This document shows, piece by piece, positions 29,266 through 39,779 of a stretch of 64,000 nucleotides of DNA (its first letter is position 1; each line of letters opens with the position of its first letter). The position numbers and the translations under genes were made by a program. The notes under the pieces are model-generated. The model did not search any database, was not told where the DNA came from, and worked only from the letters and a program-made list of their open reading frames with translations. The DNA is from Phaeosaccion multiseriatum (Eukaryota; Protista; Ochrophyta, other classes): the NCBI GenBank assembly GCA_965112735.1, contig OZ218963.1, positions 1,736,001 through 1,800,000 on the forward strand, in the 5' to 3' direction.

Positions 29266-31144
29266 TCGGCTCCAGACTGGCCTAGAAGCCTATGCTCTAG
29301 GCCCTAGGCCGAGCGGCCTACAGCCGCTCTAGGCCGGCCATTTTTTCTCCCTAGGCCGGCGGTTCTAGGCCTAGGCCTCGACCTATCTGATTAGTAATTA
29401 CGGCCGGCGCAGCCGGCCTGATTACTGATTATGCTCCAGCCGGGGGCTGATTACTTATTATGGCCGGCGCACACCGTAATCTTGTCCAGGGTGGAAGGGA
29501 GGGAGGGAGGGAGGGAGGGAGGGAGGGAGGGAAGGAGGGAGGGAGGGAGGGAGGGAGGGAGGGAGGGAGGGAGGGAGGGAGGGAGGGAGGGAGGGAGGGA
29601 GGGAGGGAGGGAGGGAGGGAGGGAGGGAGGGAGGGAGGGAGGGAGGGAGGGAGGGAGGGAGGGAGGGAGGGAGGGAGGGAGGGAGGGAGGGAGGGAGGGA
29701 GGGAGGGAGGGAGGGAGGGAGGGAGGGAGGGAGGGAGGGAGGGAGGGAGGGAGGGAGGGAGGGAGGGAGGGAGGGAGGGAGGGAGGGAGGGAGGGAGGGA
29801 GGGAGGGAGGGAGGGAGGGAGGGAGGGAGGGAGGGAGGGAGGGAGGGAGGGAGGGAGGGAGGGAGGGAGGGAGGGAGGGAGGGAGGGAGGGAGGGAGGGA
29901 GGGAGGGAGGGAGGGAGGGAGGGAGGGAGGGAGGGAGGGAGGGAGGGAGGGAGGGAGGGAGGGAGGGAGGGAGGGAGGGAGGGAGGGAGGGAGGGAGGGA
30001 GGGAGGGAGGGAGGGAGGGAGGGAGGGAGGGAGGGAGGGAGGGAGGGAGGGAGGGAGGGAGGGAGGGAGGGAGGGAGGGAGGGAGGGAGGGAGGGAGGGA
30101 GGGAGGGAGGGAGGGAGGGAGGGAGGGAGGGAGGGAGGGAGGGAGGGAGGGAGGGAGGGAGGGAGGGAGGGAGGGAGGGAGGGAGGGAGGGAGGGAGGGA
30201 GGGAGGGAGGGAGGGAGGGAGGGAGGGAGGGAGGGAGGGAGGGAGGGAGGGAGGGAGGGAGGGAGGGAGGGAGGGAGGGAGGGAGGGAGGGAGGGAGGGA
30301 GGGAGGGAGGGAGGGAGGGAGGGAGGGAGGGAGGGAGGGAGGGAGGGAGGGAGGGAGGGAGGGAGGGAGGGAGGGAGGGAGGGAGGGAGGGAGGGAGGGA
30401 GGGAGGGAGGGAGGGAGGGAGGGAGGGAGGGAGGGAGGGAGGGAGGGAGGGAGGGAGGGAGGGAGGGAGGGAGGGAGGGAGGGAGGGAGGGAGGGAGGGA
30501 GGGAGGGAGGGAGGGAGGGAGGGAGGGAGGGAGGGAGGGAGGGAGGGAGGGAGGGAGGGAGGGAGGGAGGGAGGGAGGGAGGGAGGGAGGGAGGGAGGGA
30601 GGGAGGGAGGGAGGGAGGGAGGGAGGGAGGGAGGGAGGGAGGGAGGGAGGGAGGGAGGGAGGGAGGGAGGGAGGGAGGGAGGGAGGGAGGGAGGGAGGGA
30701 GGGAGGGAGGGAGGGAGGGAGGGAGGGAGGGAGGGAGGAAGGAAGGGAGGGAGGGAGGGAGGGAGGGAGGGAGGGAGGGAGGGAGGGAGGGAGGGAGGGA
30801 GGGAGGGAGGGAGGAAGGAAGGGAGGGAGGGAGGGAGTCGACCCTGGACAAGATTATCTGATTCTGATTACGGCCGGCGCAGCCGGCCTGATTACTGATT
30901 ATGACCGGCGCCAGCCGGTCTTGTTGCTTACAGCCGGTGACCAGCCGGCCTGGTTACTGATTTTGCGCCGGCCGGGGGCTGATTACTGATTACGGCCGGC
31001 GCACACCGTAACCTTGTTGTCCAGAGTCGATCTAGGCCAAGGCCGGGGGGGCTGCGCCAAAAATAGGCCTAGGCCAAAAATAGGCCTAGGCCGGGGACCT
31101 GCGGCCCCCTCTAGGCCTAGGCTTCTAGGCCGGTCTGGAGCCGA
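29266..31144. mobile_element. Non-autonomous TIR element (MITE-like, composite) carrying a (GGGA)n array
   Basis: 27-bp TIRs: TCGGCTCCAGACTGGCCTAGAAGCCTA (29266-29292) and its reverse complement with 1 mismatch (31118-31144). Identical 6-bp flanks CCTCTT (29260-29265, 31145-31150). Subterminal CTAGGCC repeats. No transposase ORF. Confidence 0.88.
29497..30837 (+). repeat. ~1.34-kb near-perfect (GGGA)n microsatellite
   Basis: Read directly; lies in the centre of the TIR element. Confidence 0.99.
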
Positions 31145-32031
31145 CCTCTTCTTCCCCTCCCTCCTGGGGCGCTTCAGCGCTCTGCCCGCTCGAGACTTGG
31201 CACCCGAGACTAGTGCCACGTCGTCGTTCTCCTCTTGCCCTCTATCTCCTTCGTCTGATTGTTTGGCCTCTCCTTCGTCCACCGGTACGCCTGTTCCCTC
31301 CTCCTCCTGCATCGCCTCCAGCGCCGACCGACTGTCTTCGCCTCCCTCTTTGCTCATGACGCTCTCGGCCCATCGTCCACTCGCAGCCATCATCTTGTCC
31401 GGCCATTGCAAAGGGGGCAACGCTGTAGCCGGAACAGCAGCGGCAGCAGAGGCCATGAGCAGGCGCGTGGAGCATGAAATTTGGGGAAATATTACTTTTT
31501 GTACCTTACGTAAGTACGTCACGTAAGGGAATTGGGTGTCTGTCCGCTGGGGAAATGGGTCCCCCCTCGCCCCCCCCCCCCCTTTTCTACTTTCCAGAGG
31601 TGCGTGTGACTTTCCTCTCAGCGTCCAGAGTAGCCATAGGCAAGGGAGGCACAACAAAGCCATCAGAACCTCAAACAAACCTGTATCCTTCGCAGTTACG
31701 GCAAAACAGGAAAAAAAAAAAAATGGGAGGAAAGAAACCCGAAAACTATAAGTTCCCCGGGGCAATGAAGAGAAAAAAAGGGTACACGGAGGGTGTATAA
31801 ATGCATCTTAATTTTTTTTGACGGCCCGCTGGTGAGGCTTGGCAAAGCATCCTGGCTTTCCCCCAGAATTTTGTCACTCTTTGCAAGGGCTTACTAACTT
31901 CGAGCGTTCGACAACGGTCGGAGCTACCCGTACGAGGTGAAGGATCAAGAGCTTCATGTTAACTAACTAAACTGAAGACGTCCAAATCTGCTGAAATTGC
32001 TCTGTGGACTACGACACATCGCCCCACTTCA

Positions 32032-33432
32032 CTACGCGGCTCTGTTCATCTTTCTCTTGGGGAAGGTCAGGGGCACTTTGAGGCTTGCGTTTCCCCCACT
32101 TGTCGTGGAGCAACCAAGCTCTCTCAGCAGCGCCGCTGTTGCCGTGGAGGACAGCTTCAAGTCATTGGCCAGCGCGGTGTAGGAAAGCTTGCAGCCGGAC
32201 TTTGGATCAGCAGTCAGACAGAGCGAGAGGCAGACAGATAGCGGGAGAGAGGGGGAGACCCAGAGAGAGCAGAGTTGAAGAGAGAAGGAGAGAGAGAGGG
32301 AGATAGAGGAAGAGAAAGGAATGAGGGCGGACGAAAACAGCCGAACGTACCAAATATGAGATGACGCCGTGGGGGGGAGGTCAGTGCGCTTCGATATCAA
32401 AGCTCGAGGCTGGAAGGCAGGGATGGAGGAGCCCATTGACTTACTGCCTAGCCTGCTACTCCAGTGCACGAGTCAGACCCAGAGCTCTTTCTGGTCGAGA
32501 CCCTTTCTGCTCCCTGTTCATACTTCTCGCTCGAAATGAATTACCAGCCACATCGACCCCACACACTCACACACACACACACACACACCTACACACACGC
32601 ACACACAAACACAATCACGTATGTTTAGGTTGACTCCTGAAAGTAAGTCAATGCATCACTCACCAGTACGAGGGCCAGACACAGGACGTGCACATGAGCC
32701 TTGTCCTTGAGGGACTTGGTCTTGACGAAGGTGCCCTTGCCTCCCTTGTCGCGCTTCTCACACGCAGCGAACTTGCTCAAGAACTTGTTGGCAAGGAGGT
32801 CGGGTATGCCGAGCGTCTGTCATGGTGGTCAAAGGGCAAAGGAGGGAAGCACACGCACAGTCCGTCAGTCCGTCAGTGGGTCAGTCAGTCAGTGGGTCAG
32901 TCAGTCAGTCAGTCAGTCAGTCAGTCAGTCAGTCAGTCAGTCAGTCAGTCAGTCAGTCAGTCAGTCAGTCAGTCAGTCAGTCAGTCAGTCAGTCAGTCAG
33001 TCAGTCAGTCAGTCAGTCAGTCAGTCAGTCAGTCAGTCAGTCAGTCAGTCAGTCAGTCAGTCAGTCAGTCAGTCAGTCAGTCAGTCAGTCAGTCAGTCAG
33101 TCAGTCAGTCAGTCAGTCAGTCAGTCAGTCAGTCAGCCAGTCAGTCAGTCAGTCAGTCAGTCAGTCAGTCCGTCCGTCCGTCGGTCAGTCAGTCAGTCAG
33201 TCAGTCAGCAAGTTATCAGTAAGTCAACGTGCAAGGGATAGAGCTGGACCAACCTACGTCAAGCAAAGCGTCAAGCACAGCGTCAAGCACAAGCACAATT
33301 GGTGTTTCACCTCAACAAACACTGCTTCCTTGAGGCCAAAGCATGGAACAACAACAAAAACAACAGCAGCAACAACAACAAAAACAACAAGACAACAACA
33401 GCACACAACAACAACAACAACAACAACAACAA

Positions 33433-33477
<45 letters not shown>

Positions 33478-34482
33478 ACAAGAGCATTCGAGCTGGAGCA
33501 ATCACCCTTCCCCATTTCTCTTCCTTTCTTTGCTTTGTGGCCTCTCTCTCTCTCTCTCTCTCTAGCATTTCTCACCTGTGCCACCCCCCTGGGTGTGTTC
33601 TTGATGATGCTGGGGGCAGCAGTGAAGGCGAGCAAGTGGCGCAAGTACAACAGTTGTAGGAGCCGGTCGCGCTGTCCGGCCACGGTGGGGTTCACGAGCT
33701 CGGCCATCTGCAGTAGCAGTAGCAGTAGCAGTAGCAGTAGCACAGGGACACGACACGAGAAAGAAGAGTGAAGATGGACAAGTCAGTAGGGGTGTAAAGA
33801 AGCACAGGGGGGAGGGGCACCCTCGTCAGCAGCAGGAAGAATGAGGGGCGGAGTGCGGAAGAAAGAACGAGCCCATTTGGAACCTAGGGCCAGAGGTGAG
33901 CCTTTATTAACCAAGCATCCCCTTTTGGGCAGGACACCTATGCTACTACTCGGAGCCTATTCAGAGAGTGAAACTGAGTGGGCAGGCACCTGCATTTAAC
34001 GCGCACCGAAACGCTCATGCTGATGGCATGTCGGATTGGCCTGCTCTCTCTCAGTGCTCTCTCTCTCTCTCTCTCCCTCACCTTGGCCCTGACGAAGGTG
34101 GGGAAAGCGGGGTCTGCTTCCGCCTCTTGCAAGAGCTCCCTCAGCCACACGCGGATATCTCCCTGACACGATCATCGACAACAGGAGATGTTTAGTCATG
34201 TTAGAGCATTGCACCTCATCGACAAGAGGAGATGTTTAGTCGTCTTAGAACATTAGAACAAGAAGAGGAGATGTTTAGTCGTGTTAGAACATTGCACCTC
34301 ATCGACAAGAGGAGATGTTTAGTCGTGTTAGAACATTGCACCTCAGCCAACACGCGAATATCACCCTGATAAAAAAGAGCAGCGCGACATGACGTACAAA
34401 CAGCAGCACAGCGACAGCAACAATAGCGACAGCAGCACAAACAACAGCACAGCGACAGCAGCAGCAACACAGCAGCAACAGC

Positions 34483-34528
<46 letters not shown>

Positions 34529-34530
34529 CC

Positions 34531-34566
<36 letters not shown>

Positions 34567-37276
34567 GCAACTACCGCACGTATCGTACCTTGCCCTCCTG
34601 TACCTCCTCTGCAAGCTGTCTGTCGAGCACGTCCCAGGCCTCCTCCCCCACGAGCTCGGACACCAGGTATACGCCCTCGGGGGTCGCCGAGTCCTGCACA
34701 TGGCACAGGGCATATGAGCATAGAGCATATGGGTAAAGGGCATGTGGGTATAGGGCATATGGGCAAAGGGCATGTGGGTATAGGGCATATGGGCAAAGGG
34801 TATATAGGTGAAGGGCAGATGGGTATAGGGCATATGGATATAGGGCAGATGGGTTTAGGGCATATGGGCAAAGGGCATATGGGCAAAGGGCATGTGGGGA
34901 TAGGACATATGGTCAAAGGGCATATGGGTATTGGGCATATGGGTATAGGGCATATGGGCATACGGGTATAGGGCGTATGGGTACAGAGCATATGGGCATA
35001 GGGCATACGGGTATAGGGCATATGGGTATAGGGCATATGGGCAAAGGGCAAATGGGCAAAGGGTATATGGGTAAAGGGCATATGGGTATAGGGCATAGGG
35101 GCAAAGGGCATAAAGGTATAAGGCATATGGGTTTAGGGCATATGGGCATAGGGCATATGGGCAAAGGGCATATGGGTATAAGGCATATGGGTTAAGGGCA
35201 TATGGGTATAGGGCATATGGGCATAGGGCATATGGGTGTAGGGCATATGGGCATGGGGCATAGGTATAGGGCATATGGGTTTAGGGCATATGGGCGTAGG
35301 ACGTATGGGCATAGGGCATATGGGTATGGGGCATAAGGGCATAAGGCATACGGGTATAGGGCATATGGGTAGATATAAGGGCACACGAGTATTCCCCAAG
35401 GAGGGAAGCCTTTGCCTACCTCGTGGTAGGGCGGGAGGAAGCTTCTCCTGGCGGCCGTTACTGCCCGTGCGGCAGCGTCGAGCTTGGTCTTGACGGGGTC
35501 AGCCCCTTCCCCTTCAGGCTCAGAGGCTGCCCCTAAGGCGCCGGATGCGGCACCTGAGGCGCCCTTGCCTTCCTGTTTGACACGATGGCAGGAAAGATAA
35601 GGTGTGTGTGTGGGGGGGAGGATGATAGAGAATAAGGTCAACAATGTCAGACAAATGTAACTAGAATGCAAACTCACACATCGTGAGCGAAACTGAAACA
35701 GCACTTGGCACCCAAATCAGTTGCACTCCTTTGATAACTTGATGCTTGAGACACCTTCCCTCCCTCCCTTCCCCCCCCACCGACTCGCCTGTAGCGCCTG
35801 TTGCAAAGCCCTCCCCATGGCGCCTCCCCCCACGACCCTGTCCGAGTCGATTATGTTGGAGCGTGCACTGCGGACCGCCGCCTGCTTCTTCTTGGACCCA
35901 AAGGCGCTGATTAGAGACGCACGTCGGTCCTGGCCGAAGCAGTGGCAGGGGCAGGGGCATGGGCATGGGCGGGGGCAGGGGTGGCAGTTGGTGATACGGT
36001 GGTAACAGCAGCAGCAGCCGGGAGCAGGGGGCAGCCATAGGAAGGGATGAGCGAGGGGTAGCACAGAAGATGGAGAGGACGGTGGTGGTGCGAGAAGGAA
36101 GCGGAGCGGCGATAAAAAGTATCTCTAAGAAGAAGGGAACAAGCAGAGCTGAATTGCGGCGCTTACTTGGGCGGAGACGTGACTGAGCGAAAAGTCCGCA
36201 ACAGTGCTGTCGACGCCGTTGAGGCTCTGGCGGAGACTGTATGCGTGCATGGACGGATACACCTCCATCTCGCGGGTCTGAGCAGCGCGTGAAGGAGGGG
36301 GAAAGCAGAAAGCGTTTGTTTAGGAAGAAGAAGGAGAAGAAGAAGAAGAAGAAGAAGAAGAAGAAGAAGAAGAAGAAGAAGAAGAAGAAGAAGAAGAAGA
36401 AGAAGAAGAAGAGGAGGAGGAGGAGGAGGAGGAGGAGGAGGAGGAAGGGGAGGAGGAAGGGGAGGAGGAAGGGGAAGAGGAGGAGGAGGAGGAGGAGGAA
36501 GCGAACAATTTGAAGAGGAGTCGGTTCCCCGTTCCAAGTGTTCAAGCGAGGTGTTCCTAGAAGAGCGCTGGAGGGGCCTGAACCCTCCCCTTCTGTTCTT
36601 CAGTCAGACATCAGATCGGGGCCAGGGTCTGAGGCAGGGTCGGTGCCGGTGGGAAGTGTGCACAAGCCACTCGAAGAGCACCCTCACCTCCTTATCCAGC
36701 ACTCCTACGTAATAGTACGCGAGGTCAAGGTCATCCTTGCCCTGTGGGCCGTAGTTGGTACCGAAGTAAGTGGTGGCGGTCTCCTCGCTAACCTGCAAGA
36801 CAAGATAAGAGGTATGGGAGGGTTATGATACAGCCAAGGCTATGGCAATGAAAGGCACAAGGTCGTCTCGCCTAGACCATCTAACATTCGATTAGAGGGC
36901 TGGAGCGTGGCCGCTTTCAGGAGGGGGAGCAGTTGGTCACCGCACCGAGCACGTGCGTCGAGCTTCTCACGAGTTGGTGCACTTTCAGCATGACTCTTAC
37001 CACAAAGACTATGGAAGTGCCTGCGGAATGAGGGGAAGCCAGAAATACCAACGATCGCTCATCCGAAAAAGCACAACACTCACCAACACCCGTTGCCTCT
37101 TCTTCCTGCTTCCTACGGGTTGATGCATGCTGAAGTCCATGCCCTGTCGTGCGGTATGATGATTTGCAAGCGAGAAAGGGGAAATGAGATGTCTAAGAAA
37201 GGCGAGCATGCACAACAATTCACGGGTCCACAGGAACCTTCGCCCTCACTGCTAATCCTCCTCCTCCTCCTCCTCC

Positions 37277-37307
<31 letters not shown>

Positions 37308-37583
37308 TCACCCACCCCTCAACACTGAAGTCGAGGCACGAGGCATCAGAAGAGCAACCTCGCTGCTTAAAGCCCACGCGCAGAAGGGTGGAACGAGCGA
37401 AACATCGAGTGACATTCCATCGCTTACCTTCCAGTCGGTGGGCAGCACTCCGCCCGGGAAGCTGACGAGGGGAGGTGCATCTCCTGTCTCCCCTCCTCCG
37501 GCCATTTCCTTCAACGTGACAGTCATACTGCTGCTGCTGCTCTTCTCGCTCCTCCTTCGCTTCTTCTTGGGGGTATCCTCCAT
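32032..37583 (-). CDS. RPA49: RNA polymerase I subunit A49 / PAF53-like protein, 11 exons
   Basis: Spliced motifs YYVGVLDKETREMEV, RASLISAFGSKKKQ, FLPPYHEDSATPEGVY, KDKAHVHVLCLALVL and ALANDLKL...LRELGC...ASLKVPLTFP follow the A49-like family pattern. N-terminal KKKRRR NLS. Confidence 0.85.
32862..33210 (-). repeat. (CTGA)n on the gene strand [(GTCA)n on +] near the 3' end of an RPA49 intron
   Basis: Perfect tetramer run ending about 40 nt before the acceptor gacag (~32817). Confidence 0.97.
34172..34343. repeat. Four ~44-bp tandem units (tcatcgacaagaggagatgtttagtcgtgttagaacattgcacc)
   Basis: Direct comparison of units; inside an RPA49 intron. Confidence 0.9.
34705..35375. repeat. 15-bp minisatellite (GGGCATATGGGTATA-like)n, about 45 copies, filling an RPA49 intron
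   Basis: Period-15 degenerate array; it produces the spurious MPYTH/IGHMG ORFs. Confidence 0.95.
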
Positions 37584-37743
37584 TTTGTAGAGGAGTGGTG
37601 GCGTATCCGGATTCGGGTGTTGAGAACCAAGTGGAAGGACTGAGTGGAGGATGGGAGAGGGAGGGAAGGGGGGGAAGTTGGCGATCCAATCACAGATGAC
37701 GACGCCCCAATAGAGAGAGAGAGAACAGAGAACAGAGAAAAAA
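37584..37743. promoter_or_regulatory. Compact bidirectional promoter between RPA49 and MIS18 with two CCAAT boxes
   Basis: Head-to-head ATGs are 160 bp apart; gatCCAATca (~37686) and ccCCAATag (~37707). Confidence 0.55.
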
Positions 37744-38716
37744 ATGGAACAAGACGGAGGAGGCGATGATGATGGCGTTGATGCGCCACTTATTTTTCAG
37801 TGCCTTCAATGCCGCCGCGTCATTGGGGACAGTTGGTCCTTCCGCAGCAGCAACGCTGAATCCAAGACTATTTCCCTCTCAGGGGCATCTCAACTCGTGA
37901 AGGGGGACAATCCTGAGACATCCAAGGAGGGACCCGATAAGGGCAGCACTTTCCTGACGCTCAGCTGTGGCGGTGGAGACTGCCAAGCGATTGTGGGGAA
38001 GACGTATTTGGCCACACCGAGACAGCTCGACCATATCAGAGATATGTACACGCTCTACACAGGTGACACGGTCACTCTCCTCCTTCTGAGCCAATTCTGC
38101 ACCCCTTTCTCCGCCTCCTCGATCCAGCCTGTAACTGTGCCGTCTCCCGTCTCCCTTCTTGCCCCCCTTTACTCTTGTTCTCTCTCTTTTATCTTCCCCG
38201 CTTCCTGCAGACGCCCTGTGCAGCTACCAGCTGGGGAAGAATGAAATGGATGCGAACATCCCTCCGCCAACCCTCGGAGACGGCCCTACCGACCAAGCCG
38301 GCAGTGCCGGCACCTTCGGAGATGCTTCTGCTTCTTCGGCAGTTGCTACTGCTACTACTGCTACGGGCGGCCCATCAGCCAGGGGAGGCGAGACTGTCGA
38401 CGATAACTCTGGCGCTGTGTGGGTAGAGATTACCAAGATTGAAGGCGTGATTCTGTCGCTTCACGAAAGGATTGCTTACCTGGAGGGTTTGGGTGACATC
38501 AAGCTGAAAGGAGATCCTCTTCATAGCCCAGAGGAGCAAGCATCCGAGGATGCATCGCAGGAGGAGGCGGGGCGGCGATGGCAGGCACAGGGGGGGAGTG
38601 TTGGGAGTAAGCAGCGTGAGGAGGACAGGCAAGACAGAGAAGAGGGACGAAGGGCCCCGCGGGGAAGTGGGAGGTCCGAAGGCGGGGAGTCATCGACCAA
38701 GCGCAGACGGCAGTGA
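37744..38716 (+). CDS. MIS18: Mis18 (Yippee/Mis18 Zn-binding domain plus C-terminal coiled coil), exons 37744-38062 and 38211-38716
   Basis: PLIFQCLQCRRVIGDS ... LSCGGGDCQAIVGKTYLATPRQLDHIRDMYTLYT|DALCSYQLG matches the Mis18 pattern; amphipathic helix EITKIEGVILSLHERIAYLE. Confidence 0.85.
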
Positions 38717-39779
38717 GTGAGTGGGACCAGGTGCTGCTGATACGCCCCCACTGCCGTGCGTTTCAACTCTTTCCGGGGCCCTTGTCCTGTGTGTCTGGGC
38801 TTGGGTAGAGGGACCGACCGCAGATGCCTCACCTCAGGAGAGGGGCGCGTCTGCCTCCTTTCTCATCGCCGATGGCTTCCTGACAGTGTTGACGGGAGTA
38901 TAAACAACCCAAGTTGAGCGACCGCGTGGGAACAAGAGGGAAGCTCAGCCCGGGCAGAAGAAGGGTAGCTACTCACGCGCTTCCGTCCCGTGGAGAAAGA
39001 GAGCTTCAGAGAGGCGGACCGATCATTGGACGCCGCACCGCTGCTCCGTGGCCAACGCAAAGTCGAGGAGAAGGAAGGACGGGCTGTCGTCCGCCCCCCA
39101 CCTGCTGCAGATCTCCCCATAGACAACAACCAACAGCTACCTCTGGGACGAGAGCGTCCAGCGCCAGTACCAGTAACCAGCACCAGCATCAGACGAGGAG
39201 CAGCTGCAGCACAGCAAGAGCAAGAAGAGCGTCAGCCGAGACAGCGAGAGAACAAGCGCCCAGCGTGCGTGCGTGCGTGCGTGTGTGTTGGCTGGTTCTC
39301 GTGATGCTCCCCACGGTGGTCCTGATGGCGCCAGAGGCTGGCGCCCGTATCGTTTCGAGGGACAGTAATCACGCTTGCAACCCGACACTTCTCCTTGACG
39401 GGCAGCTGATAATGTAAGTGTGGGTGGAGGAGAGCTGTAGCGGCCAAGGATGAATCCCGGCCCATCTCCCTCGCACAAGCAGCGTGCTCCATGCTACTGG
39501 TGCCAACGAAGAAGCAGGAGGGGGGATAGAAAGTGGAAAGGGCGAGACCCAAAACAACTCCTACGGTACCACAGGAGACCCCCCCCACACCCAACCCGGG
39601 AAGTGGAGGCGGCCGAGTGTGTTGTTATCTGTGTCAAAACGTCTTGGGGTCACTGAGGACCGATTGTGCCCCACGACAGCCTACAGCTGGGCTCTCCCCC
39701 CCTCCCCCCCCCCCCATGCCCTCCTTTAACTAAAATTCAATTTTCAATGAAGTAGAGTACATTTGTACAATTGGGATTG

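Noticed and set aside
29431-30989. GGRE / PSLP repeat ORFs
   Set aside because: Translation of (GGGA)n; no transposase or other domain.
34172-34343. CRISPR-like repeat array
   Set aside because: Units are contiguous tandem copies without unique spacers, in a eukaryotic intron with no cas genes.
34714-35493. MPYTH / GHMGI pentapeptide-repeat proteins
   Set aside because: 15-bp minisatellite inside an RPA49 intron; flanking exons join in frame without it.
38914-39417. Possible extra MIS18 exon or separate ORF downstream of the stop
   Set aside because: No convincing acceptor or frame link and no recognisable motif; probably UTR, although gtgagt at the stop codon leaves a further intron possible.
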